A DNA stretch of 64,000 bases from Thermodesulfobacteriota bacterium (lineage in GTDB: Bacteria > Desulfobacterota > Desulfobacteria > Desulfobacterales > SURF-7), in NCBI GenBank assembly GCA_049320885.1, contig JBMORA010000017.1, positions 64,001-128,000 of the forward strand. The letters are read 5' to 3'. Under the pieces are notes generated by a model. That model was given only the letters and a program-made list of their open reading frames with translations, was not told the origin of the DNA and did no database searches. Shown piece after piece: positions 27,917 through 36,578 of the stretch (the stretch's first letter is position 1; every line of letters begins with the position of its first letter). Position numbers and translations under genes: made by a program.

Positions 27917-28939
27917 ATGAGCGACCTGAAAACCTCCACCATTGTACTGCCCGGCATTATCAACGCGGCCCTTAGGCGCGGAGTGGACATCCAGGGCATT
28001 TTACGGGATCTGGGGATTCAGGTGGATCTGGCCAACATCACCCGGACCACCATCGATCTCACGACGGTCCACGCTGTCGTCACGGCGGTGGAAAAAGCCG
28101 CCGGTTACCCGGCCATGGGGCTGACGGCCGGCGCGGATTTCGATTTCGAATTTCTCCCCCATCTGAAAACCTACTGCATGTCCGCTTCCACCCTCCGGGA
28201 GGCCTATGAAACCACGCGGCAGGCCCGGCAGCTCATTTCGCCGCTTCTGACGTTTCACCTGACGGAGAGCGGCGATGAAGCCGTCCTGAAACTCCGGCCG
28301 GACCCGGTGCTATCCGATGAAGACGACCGCCATTTCACGGAAATGGTTTTCGCCACCGTGAGCACGCTGGTGAGCCGGCTGCTGAAGCGGGGACAGCCGC
28401 CGCGAAGCGTCCGGTTTCGTCACGGCCGCACGGAAATCCGGCCGCTCTATGAAGACTTTTTTCAATGCCCGGTGTTGTTGGGGGCGCCGGAAAACGCCGT
28501 CGTCTACGACCGCCAGCTGATGGATGAGCCGTTGCCCGGGGGATTCCCCGAAATCCGGCGGCAGGCGCGGGAGATCGTCGAACGGCAGACGGCGGACTCC
28601 CCCTTGCAGGCCGGAGTCGCCCGGCGTCTTCGGGACCTGCTGAAGCAGCGTCGGGAGTTGCTGGCCGCGCCGGTGGGGCAGGTGGCCCGCTTGCTGAACA
28701 TCAGCCCCCGCACCCTGCAGCGCCGTCTCTTCCGGGAGAAAACCAGCCTGGGGGAAATCCGCGACCGGATCCGGTTCCAGGCGGCGGCGGAAGCGCTGAA
28801 ATCCTCCGGGGCGAGCATTGAAGAAATCGGGGAAGCAATGGGTTTCTCCGACCGCCACAGTTTCACCCGGGCTTTTCAGCGCTGGGCCGGGGTTTCACCC
28901 AGCGCCTACCGCAAAAAGCAGTCCCCGGCCCGTCCCTGA
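27917..28939 (+). CDS. AraC-family regulator (Arabinose_bd_2-type N-domain)
   Basis: ISPRTLQRRL and GFSDRHSFTRAFQRWAGVSPSAYR. Confidence 0.93.
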   Translation: MSDLKTSTIVLPGIINAALRRGVDIQGILRDLGIQVDLANITRTTIDLTTVHAVVTAVEKAAGYPAMGLTAGADFDFEFLPHLKTYCMSASTLREAYETTRQARQLISPLLTFHLTESGDEAVLKLRPDPVLSDEDDRHFTEMVFATVSTLVSRLLKRGQPPRSVRFRHGRTEIRPLYEDFFQCPVLLGAPENAVVYDRQLMDEPLPGGFPEIRRQAREIVERQTADSPLQAGVARRLRDLLKQRRELLAAPVGQVARLLNISPRTLQRRLFREKTSLGEIRDRIRFQAAAEALKSSGASIEEIGEAMGFSDRHSFTRAFQRWAGVSPSAYRKKQSPARP

Positions 28940-29341
28940 TCCGGGTGCCTGCCTGGAACCCGGTGCCAGGTCAAACCACTTCCCACCAGGGGACCGCAAA
29001 GACGTCCTCGGAAAGCGTTTGCGCCTTGTCAACCGCGCATATCATGAGACCTTTACTTATGATACCAACACGTATCAAAATTTGAGGTAGACAGAAAGAA
29101 ATACCACTTCCCAACCATCCAGAGGTATGGTCTCCGTTACTCCGCGCGTCGATGCTTCCGTGGCGCGAAATGTTCCTTCTTTGGCATCCGCCGGTATAGC
29201 CATATTTCAGCCGATGGGTATGATGGGGCCTGTCATCCGACAGAGGATGGATAGCCCCCGCTGCCCGGTTTTTCCCGGGAGAAGGGAAGGCCCTGCCGGT
29301 TGTCGGAAGAGCATGGGACGGGATGAAAAAGGAGGAACCAT

Positions 29342-30583
29342 ATGGCTTTGGGAAAATACGCGGTGGATTATGAGGAGAGGGTGAATTACGACCGCCTGCG
29401 GCGGGAGCGGTTGGAACGGGCCAGGGCGCAGCTGAACGAGGCCGGGGTCGGGGCGCTCGTGACCTGGGACGAGGCCAATATCCGCTACCTGACCGGGTAT
29501 TACGTCACCACCCCCATGCGGCCGGCCGAAATTCAATGCGTGTTCCTGCCCAGAAACGGGGGCCCCGTGCTGTTCGGCGGCGGAACCCCTAAGGAGACGG
29601 AGCGGCGGATGCCCTGGATGCGGGGGCGGGTGCGGCCCACGGTGTCGGCCTTCAAACTCAATGCTCTGGATGCGGACGATATTTCCGTGCGGGTGTTCGT
29701 GGACGCCATGGGCCGGCTGATGGCGGAAACCGGTGTGGAAAAGGAGCCCCTGGGCATCGACGGCACCACCTGCGGCCTCCTGCTGGACCGGGCTTTCCGC
29801 AAGGCCGGAATCGAAACGGTCCACGGCAAGCCCCTCTTGGACAAGGCGCGCATGATCAAGACAACGGATGAAATCGAACTCATGCGGATCACCTGCGGAA
29901 ACGCCGAGTCCGCTTTCGCGGCCATCGCCGACGCCATCCGTCCCGGGATCCGCGAATGCGATCTGGTCGGCATCGGCATTCAGGCCCTCTATCGGGAAGG
30001 CGCCGATCATACCGAGGACCTGGTCTGCTGTTCCGGATACAACACCAATCCCTACGGATGGTCCTTCACCGACAAGCCCCTGCGGCCCGGCGATCTCGTC
30101 TATATCGATGTGGACGGCAATTCCTACCAGGGTTACAAATCCTGCGTGTACCGGACATTCTGCTGCGGGAAAGCCACCACCGAACAGAAAGAGCTCTATG
30201 CGGAATGCCTGGAGATGCTTTACGGCGCCATCGCTATCCTCCGGGACGGGGTCACCGACCATGAGATCCTGGAAAAATGGCCCCAGTCACCGTCTTACTG
30301 GGGATATGATTCCTGGGAGGAGGTGTCGCCCTATGTGTTCGGACACGGGATCGGCCTCAGTCTGCATGACCCGCCGGTGATCAGTCCGCTGCGGAAGGCC
30401 TACGGCCTTCCGCCTGTGACCTTGCGGCAGGGCATGGTCATCGCTCTGGAAACCTATGCCGGCCATAAAGGCGGAAAAGACGGGGTGCGGTTGGAGGAGA
30501 ACGTCCTCATCACCAGGGACGGCTATGAAGTCCTGTCTCGCTGGCCGGTAAAGGAGTTGATGGAATGCTGGTTGCCGTATTAA
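29342..30583 (+). CDS. M24-family (pita-bread fold) metalloenzyme, DddP/creatinase-like
   Basis: NIRYLTG, ARMIKTTDEI, IDVD, GHGIGLSLHDPP, LET, GVRLEE; AGGAGG RBS. Confidence 0.85.
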   Translation: MALGKYAVDYEERVNYDRLRRERLERARAQLNEAGVGALVTWDEANIRYLTGYYVTTPMRPAEIQCVFLPRNGGPVLFGGGTPKETERRMPWMRGRVRPTVSAFKLNALDADDISVRVFVDAMGRLMAETGVEKEPLGIDGTTCGLLLDRAFRKAGIETVHGKPLLDKARMIKTTDEIELMRITCGNAESAFAAIADAIRPGIRECDLVGIGIQALYREGADHTEDLVCCSGYNTNPYGWSFTDKPLRPGDLVYIDVDGNSYQGYKSCVYRTFCCGKATTEQKELYAECLEMLYGAIAILRDGVTDHEILEKWPQSPSYWGYDSWEEVSPYVFGHGIGLSLHDPPVISPLRKAYGLPPVTLRQGMVIALETYAGHKGGKDGVRLEENVLITRDGYEVLSRWPVKELMECWLPY

Positions 30584-30607
30584 CATGAAAATATTTCGGG
30601 AGGCGGT

Positions 30608-31882
30608 ATGACGGAAAAATCCATCGTGTCCATTGCAAAGGGCTTTGACGCAAGGCAGGCGGTGCGCCAGGCCATTGAAAACCTGGGGGGTATCCGGCGT
30701 TTCGTGAAACCCGACACGGTAGTGGTGATCAAACCCAATGCCGGCCATGAAGGCCCGCCGGAAAGCGCCATCAACACCAGCCCGGAAATAGTCGGGGCCG
30801 TGATCCGGGAGGTCAGGCAGGCCGGGCCGCGCAAAATTATTCTGGCCGAGAGTTCCGCCATCGGATGCGACACCATGGCCTGCCTGAAATCCAGCGGCAT
30901 CAAGAAAGCGGCGGAGGAAGCGGGCGTCGACGAAATCCGCGACATCAAAACCGAAAAGGACCTGGTAAAGAAGGAAATCGAACATCCGACTTCGTCCATC
31001 ACTTCCGTGGAACTGCCGCGCTTCCTGCTGGAGGCCGACCACATGATCAACGTGCCGATTTTCAAGTCCCATGTGAGCATGGTCTTTTCCTGCGCCCTGA
31101 AGAACCTGAAGGGCGTGGTCCAGGATATCCATCATTTCGTCATGCACACCACCAACCTGGCCGCGGCCATGATGGATCTGGGCGCGGTGTTCAAGCCGGA
31201 TCTCACCGTGGCCGACATGATCCGCCCCATGGAAGGATTCGGGCCCCATTCGGGAACGCCGGTGGATTTCGGCGTGGTGCTGGCCGGCGTCGACATGGTG
31301 GCGGTGGATGCCACGGCCTGCCGGCTGGCCGGGTTGGATGTGGGCAAGGTGGACTATTTCAGGGCCGCCGGGGAAAAGGGGCTGGGCGTCTTTGATGCCG
31401 ACCGGATCGAAATCCGCGGCGGCTGTATCGAGGAAATGCAAAAACCCTTGTATCTGCCGTATCTCCAGGGGTTCAACGCCTGGCCGGAATATCATTTCCA
31501 TGTGAACATGGCCTGCAGCACCTGCCAGGGACTGGCGGCCTTCACCATGGAGCGGCTCAAGGCCCTGGGGGAATACGAAAAGAACCAGGGCCTGCACATC
31601 GTCCTGGGGCGGCACGCGAAAATCCCCCCGGGCGTTGCATTCGGCGACCGGCTCATCCTCCACGGCGACTGCACCCTGGGGTTGAAGAAGAAAATCGAAA
31701 AAGCCGGCGGGACCTGCCTGCATGTAGCGGGATGTCCGCCCCTGGAATCCTTCCCGGTTTGGACCATCATGGACCGGCAGGAGCAGCCGTCGGAGCGGGC
31801 CAGCCGGGAGCGGCATGTGGCGGAAGACGCGATCTTCAGAGAATGGCTGAAAGCACGCCATCGCAATGAATGGGCGCTGTGA
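30608..31882 (+). CDS. DUF362 protein with C-terminal Cys-ligand domain
   Basis: VVIKPN, INVPIFKSH, CALKNLKG, DMVAVDA; C-terminal ACSTC, GDCT, GCPP. Confidence 0.88.
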   Translation: MTEKSIVSIAKGFDARQAVRQAIENLGGIRRFVKPDTVVVIKPNAGHEGPPESAINTSPEIVGAVIREVRQAGPRKIILAESSAIGCDTMACLKSSGIKKAAEEAGVDEIRDIKTEKDLVKKEIEHPTSSITSVELPRFLLEADHMINVPIFKSHVSMVFSCALKNLKGVVQDIHHFVMHTTNLAAAMMDLGAVFKPDLTVADMIRPMEGFGPHSGTPVDFGVVLAGVDMVAVDATACRLAGLDVGKVDYFRAAGEKGLGVFDADRIEIRGGCIEEMQKPLYLPYLQGFNAWPEYHFHVNMACSTCQGLAAFTMERLKALGEYEKNQGLHIVLGRHAKIPPGVAFGDRLILHGDCTLGLKKKIEKAGGTCLHVAGCPPLESFPVWTIMDRQEQPSERASRERHVAEDAIFREWLKARHRNEWAL

Positions 31883-31914
31883 TGCTTGACATCTGATGTT
31901 TGATGATTTATCAA
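31880..31914 (+). promoter_or_regulatory. Putative vapBC promoter/operator
   Basis: TTGACA at 31886-31891 overlapped by TGATG/CATC boxes (GATG-N5-CATC, CATCTGATG, further TGATG at 31901). Confidence 0.55.
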
Positions 31915-31980
31915 TATGACAAAGCATCCGGCCCCATGGAACCGTATTACAGCTCATGAAAGAATCATCGGGAGACGCCC

Positions 31981-32205
31981 ATGCGAACGACAATCGATAT
32001 CGAGGATGATCTCCTGATGGCCGCCAAAGAAATCGCCAGGCAACGAAGAACGACCATCGGAAAGGTGCTCTCCGACTTGGTGCGTAAGGCCATGACCCAG
32101 AGCAGCATCCCTGCCGCCAGGGGGGATGTGCCGCTGTTCCCGGTCCAAAACGATGCGGGCATCGTTACTCTTGAAATGGTCAATCGGCTGCGGGACGAAT
32201 CGTGA
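31981..32205 (+). CDS. vapB: Antitoxin, VapB/RHH type
   Basis: MRTTIDIEDDLLMAAKEIA...IGKVLSDLVRKA; 74 aa; overlaps the PIN gene (GTGA). Confidence 0.88.
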   Translation: MRTTIDIEDDLLMAAKEIARQRRTTIGKVLSDLVRKAMTQSSIPAARGDVPLFPVQNDAGIVTLEMVNRLRDES

Positions 32206-32648
32206 AGACGATTTATCTGCTGGATGTGAATCTGCTGATCGCCTTATGCGACCCCATGCATGTCCATCACGATGGCGCCCACCGATGGTTTGCCTCAAAG
32301 GGCCGTGGACAATGGGCCACCTGTCCGTTGACGGAAAACAGTTTTGTCCGCATTGCCAGCCACCCCCGGTATCCGAACCGCCCGGGGGATGTCAGCGTTG
32401 TGCTTTCCATTCTGCAACGTTTCTGCCAAACCAAAGGCCATTCTTTCTGGCCGGAGGACATCAGCCTCCGCGATCTGTTGCCTGCCGATGCCGTCATCCA
32501 TCACGCCCAGATCACCGACCTGTATCTGCTGGGTCTGGCGGCACACAAGGGAGGGAAATTGGCCACCCTGGACCGGCGTATTCCCGCGGATGTCATCCCC
32601 GGTGGAATAGAGGCCCTGGAGCTGCTCTTCGTCGAATCGTCCATATGA
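32202..32648 (+). CDS. vapC: PIN-domain toxin
   Basis: LLDVNLLIAL, TENSFVRI, QITDLYLLGLA, LATLDRRI: all four acidic PIN positions present. Confidence 0.92.
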   Translation: MKTIYLLDVNLLIALCDPMHVHHDGAHRWFASKGRGQWATCPLTENSFVRIASHPRYPNRPGDVSVVLSILQRFCQTKGHSFWPEDISLRDLLPADAVIHHAQITDLYLLGLAAHKGGKLATLDRRIPADVIPGGIEALELLFVESSI

Positions 32649-32970
32649 AAAAAGGTGGTCTCCGTTATGTCGAGAGATGACCGGCCATGGCCGGCGGCCG
32701 TTTTTTTTCAATTGCATAAGGGCCATGATGATGGTAAATTCATATCCTGATTCTGATTCCCTTGAAAAACCATGAAGTGCCGCCCTGCCGGTTCAGGCAG
32801 CGGGAGATACATGGGGCGTGACGTCCCGTAGCGACCTGCTCATCATTGTTGCATTTTATAGTGCCACCACCGTGCTCTGCGATCGGAAACGGTTTTACAA
32901 AACCGAGGAGCCGGAATCCGTTGTTGTCCCGTTGGATTCAATCCCCATATCACAGGAAAGGAGAAAATCG

Positions 32971-33801
32971 ATGAAAGGCATCATGTCCCTGCTGCTTGCG
33001 GCTGTATTCTGTTTTTCCATGCAGGTTTCCGCCCAGGAGCAAGAAATCACCATGGGGTACAAGGATGACTCCAAGAAGCCCCTCATCGGCGACCCGGGCG
33101 ATGATTCCGGCCTGTACCAGGAATTGTTTTCCAAGGCCGCGGCCATGATCGGATACAAGCTGAGGATCGAACGGCTGCCCAAGAAACGGCTGTATGCAAA
33201 ATTCGAAAAAGGGGAACTGGATTTCTATCCCGGCGCGTCTTTCTCGGAAGAACGCGCGATGTATATGTGCTTTTTGGACAATGGGCTGAAGACAAAGGAA
33301 GTGCTGATAACCCGCAGCGATCTGCCCGAAATCAGGGATATCTCGACGGTGGCCGGGAAACTGCTGGCGGATCTCGGGGGCAGCAAAAGCGACTTTAACA
33401 AGAAATATAATAAAATACAGGTTGTCGAAGTCGCCTCGCTGGAATTGGAACGGGCGATCGAGATGCTGAAGGCCGGCCGGGCGGATTTTTATATCGCCGA
33501 CATCGAAGAGGTCGATTATTACCAGAAATCAAAGGGCTTGAAAAGTTACGAAGACATCGGCATGAAGGTCCATTACCAGGCCTTCGGGGATTTCATTCCG
33601 ATGTACATGGGCTTTTCCATGAATTCCAAATTGTTCAAAGCCAAGGCCAATCCTCGGTATGATTCCTCGAAACCGCTGGATTATGAAAATACCCCCAAAA
33701 CGGTCGCCGAGGATTGCGTCGCCCATCAATTCCAGGCGGCCTTGCTGAAATTGAAAGCAAGCGGGGAAACCCAAAAACTGTATGATGCCTATTTTAAATA
33801 A
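32971..33801 (+). CDS. Orphan periplasmic substrate-binding protein (family 3-like)
   Basis: Signal peptide; LPKKRL...GELDFY, MLKAGRADFY, LKLKASGETQKLYDAY; AAGGAG RBS before ATG 32971. Confidence 0.8.
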   Translation: MKGIMSLLLAAVFCFSMQVSAQEQEITMGYKDDSKKPLIGDPGDDSGLYQELFSKAAAMIGYKLRIERLPKKRLYAKFEKGELDFYPGASFSEERAMYMCFLDNGLKTKEVLITRSDLPEIRDISTVAGKLLADLGGSKSDFNKKYNKIQVVEVASLELERAIEMLKAGRADFYIADIEEVDYYQKSKGLKSYEDIGMKVHYQAFGDFIPMYMGFSMNSKLFKAKANPRYDSSKPLDYENTPKTVAEDCVAHQFQAALLKLKASGETQKLYDAYFK

Positions 33802-33834
33802 AGTCGAACCTTGCTTTCCCCTGCCATGACGCCG

Positions 33835-34266
33835 TCAGAGAAGGGTTTCGAGGGTGACGACGGCGTCGGCGACAAATTGCCGGCAGGCGGTTTCCTTCAG
33901 GTTGCGGGCCACGAATTCCCGATATCCTTCTTCCGAGAAGGGATCGAGGCCGATCAGCTGCCGGCAGTTGATCCCGCCGTGCAATTTCCGGAAGGCGGCG
34001 ACGAATTCCCGGATTTTACCCATTACGGCCTGGAAACGCGCGGAATCACCGGGATGGGAAAAACCGTACTTCAATCCGATCACCAGATATGCGGCGCTCA
34101 CCGCGCCGCATTCCCCGTCCACGCCGGAACCGCCGGCCAGTCCCATGGCGATTCTTCCGGCGAGATCTGCATCCATGCCAACTTCCGGGGCAAAGGCCCC
34201 CAGCACCGCCTGGGAGCAGCGATGCCCTTCCATGAATCGATTGACGGCCATTTCCTGTCGGTTCAT
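33835..34266 (-). CDS. C_GCAxxG_C_C family putative redox protein
   Basis: GHRCSQAV, GLAGG...ECGAVS, INCRQLIG, TACRQFV; GAGGA RBS before ATG 34266. Confidence 0.9.
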   Translation of the reverse strand: MNRQEMAVNRFMEGHRCSQAVLGAFAPEVGMDADLAGRIAMGLAGGSGVDGECGAVSAAYLVIGLKYGFSHPGDSARFQAVMGKIREFVAAFRKLHGGINCRQLIGLDPFSEEGYREFVARNLKETACRQFVADAVVTLETLL

Positions 34267-34345
34267 TTTCTCTTCCTCCTCTTGGAATCTCATGTGGTCT
34301 GCAAACCGATTGACAGGCCCGTTTGAGCTGGATAAGGAATATCTT

Positions 34346-34406
34346 ATCGAAATTTGTGTGTCCAACGATTTAATTCGATGGTGATTATCGAAAAAATCGA
34401 ACGATG
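34346..34406. promoter_or_regulatory. Putative LysR binding region between the divergent genes
   Basis: ATCG/CGAT dyad elements, including ATCGAAAAAATCGAA (34387-34401, T-N11-A pattern). Confidence 0.5.
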
Positions 34407-34414
34407 AGGCTGCC

Positions 34415-35314
34415 ATGGAATTGCGTCAACTCAAGACGTTTTACACCGTCGCCCAATTGTCGAGTTTCAACAAGGCCGCGGAAACCCTGCATTACGCCCA
34501 ATCCACGATCTCCGCCCAGATTCGGCTGCTGGAGGAAGAATTCGGCAGACCGCTGTTTGACCGCCTGGGAAAGTCCATCGTGCTGACCGCAGCCGGGGAG
34601 GTGCTGCTGCGCTATGCCCGCAAGATGCTGGATATGGAGGCGGAAACCCTTACCCAGATGGCCGGCCGGGAGGAACCCCGGGGTTCCATCACCCTGAGGG
34701 TCCCCCAGAGCCTGAGCAGCTACGCGCTGCCGCCGGTGCTGAAACAATTCCGGGACCGCTACCCCAGGGTCGGCTTGGACATCAACAGCTGCGCACTGAC
34801 GATCCAGCAGGAACTGCGCAGCGGGGTCATCGATCTGGCGTTTCTGCTGATCGATTCCATTCAGGAGCGGGATTTGATCGCCGAAGTGCTGGCTTTTGAA
34901 AAACTGCTGCTGATCTGCGGGGTCGGACATCCCCTGGCGCAACAGCCTTCGCTTGGGATCCGGGAATTATCGGCCCAGACCATCCTGCTGCCCAAGCAGG
35001 ACTGCAGTTACAAGATGCTGTTGGAGCGGATGTTGACGGAAGAAGCCGTGGACTATGCCGCCCTTATGGAATTCAACAGCATCGAGGCCATCAAGCGGAG
35101 CGTCCGGGAGGGAGTCGGCATCACGCTCATTCCGGAAATGGCGGTCAGGAGCGAAATCGAATCCGGAGAACTCATGGCCCTGCCGTGGTCGGAAGGGGTA
35201 CTGGAAACCGCCGTTCTGATGATCCGCCATAAGGAGAAATGGCTGTCGCCGGCCCTGCGGGATTTCATGACACTGGTGCGGGAGCATTTTCACCTGCATC
35301 ACGATAACATTTAG
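34415..35314 (+). CDS. LysR-family transcriptional regulator
   Basis: MELRQLKTF...SFNKAAETLHYAQSTISAQIRLLEEEFGRPLFDR. Confidence 0.96.
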   Translation: MELRQLKTFYTVAQLSSFNKAAETLHYAQSTISAQIRLLEEEFGRPLFDRLGKSIVLTAAGEVLLRYARKMLDMEAETLTQMAGREEPRGSITLRVPQSLSSYALPPVLKQFRDRYPRVGLDINSCALTIQQELRSGVIDLAFLLIDSIQERDLIAEVLAFEKLLLICGVGHPLAQQPSLGIRELSAQTILLPKQDCSYKMLLERMLTEEAVDYAALMEFNSIEAIKRSVREGVGITLIPEMAVRSEIESGELMALPWSEGVLETAVLMIRHKEKWLSPALRDFMTLVREHFHLHHDNI

Positions 35315-35433
35315 GAACAGCCGCCGGCCTCCCCTGTCTGCCGACTCTTCCGCGCGGAAGCTTGCCGGCCGGCGGCATCTCTGGTATGTTGGCTCCTGTC
35401 CAGTCACCTGTCGGAAGAGAAAGCAGCGGCCCT

Positions 35434-36174
35434 ATGGTACGGCGGAAATTCAGGGAGGCCTTTTCCATTTACCGAATCCATTTTCGTCGGATCGTCGCCA
35501 TCGTATGGAGCATCTATATTCCCGTGAATCTGATCACCGGCTACCTGGAGCATGAACTTCTGACGGCCGAGAATCGTTTCCGGTTCATGACCATCGATAT
35601 CTACCTGAACGCCTTTTTCGATCCCATCTGCACCGGCGCGGTCATCCACCTCCTGTTATGCGACAAAATTTCCCGGACCACGGGCTATTTCCGGACCATG
35701 TGGATGGGGCTCCGGGAAGGCTTCGGCATCCTGGTGGCCAGGTTGGTCGCGGGGCTGTTCATTCTGGCGGGGCTTTGCTGTTTCCTTTTTCCGGGCATCC
35801 TGCTCATCGTCCGATATTCGTTGATCGACAGCATTGTGGTGCTGGAGAAGGCCGGACAGGCCACGGCCAGGCGCCGCAGCAGTCTACTGACCCGCAACCA
35901 TAAATGGGCGATCCTGCGCGTGCAACTCATATTGCTGGCAGGCAGCCTGCTGCTGCCGATCCTGCTGGAGCTGCCTGCCGTCCATTTTGAAAGCCTCCAT
36001 CTTCCATTGGTTTCCGTTGTGACGGATTGCGTGCTGGAACTTTTTTACCCGTTTGCCACCATTGTGCTGTTTCTGTTCTACTGGGAGGCGAAATCAGACG
36101 TCGGGAGGCCGAAAGAAGGCAGTATCGAACGGGTTCCCCGGTCGCCGGTCCTTCATGACACCGAGATGAAATGA
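35434..36174 (+). CDS. Hypothetical multi-pass membrane protein
   Basis: About 5-6 hydrophobic segments, GLCCFLFPGILLIVRYSL...LE...A.RRS..LT pattern; start uncertain. Confidence 0.65.
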   Translation: MVRRKFREAFSIYRIHFRRIVAIVWSIYIPVNLITGYLEHELLTAENRFRFMTIDIYLNAFFDPICTGAVIHLLLCDKISRTTGYFRTMWMGLREGFGILVARLVAGLFILAGLCCFLFPGILLIVRYSLIDSIVVLEKAGQATARRRSSLLTRNHKWAILRVQLILLAGSLLLPILLELPAVHFESLHLPLVSVVTDCVLELFYPFATIVLFLFYWEAKSDVGRPKEGSIERVPRSPVLHDTEMK

Positions 36175-36578
36175 GCGTCCGTGAGATCGTTGAGGAGCAA
36201 AAAGGAAGAAACCGTAATGCACAGCAGCTCGGCGTCGGAATGGCTGATAAATTCCTCCAGATGGGGATGAGCGCCGATCAACGCGGCTCGAACCCGGCGC
36301 CGCTTATCCGGATCGGGAATCTGGCAAAAGCGGCCCTCCACCGTCAGGGCCTGGATATCCTTTCCGGCAAGGCCCCGGGAGTCGATCAACAGGCTGACAT
36401 GGGGGTTTTGGGTCAGGTTCCTGTATTTCCGTGTGTTTTTATGGGTAACCAGGTAGATTTCCCGGCAGGCGTCATCCACTGCATAAGCCATCAGCGAGCA
36501 ATGGGGGCGGTTGTCGGCCGAAGTGGCCAGCACGCATTGGCTGTTCCGCCGGATCAGGTCTTGGATTTGGTCGATCAT
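36153..36578 (-). CDS. Pyridoxamine 5'-phosphate oxidase-like FMN-binding protein
   Basis: CVLATS...PHCSLMAY, TRKYRNLTQNPHVSLLIDSR. Confidence 0.88.
   Translation of the reverse strand: MIDQIQDLIRRNSQCVLATSADNRPHCSLMAYAVDDACREIYLVTHKNTRKYRNLTQNPHVSLLIDSRGLAGKDIQALTVEGRFCQIPDPDKRRRVRAALIGAHPHLEEFISHSDAELLCITVSSFLLLNDLTDAHFISVS

Noticed and set aside
32849..32866. Sigma54-like TGGCAC...TGCA on the minus strand (similar case near 22796-22812)
   Set aside because: GG-to-GC spacing is 11 nt rather than the required 10.
35320..35376. 10-bp inverted repeat with an inner hairpin after lysR
   Set aside because: No U-tract and a single copy; cannot be called a terminator or repeat element.
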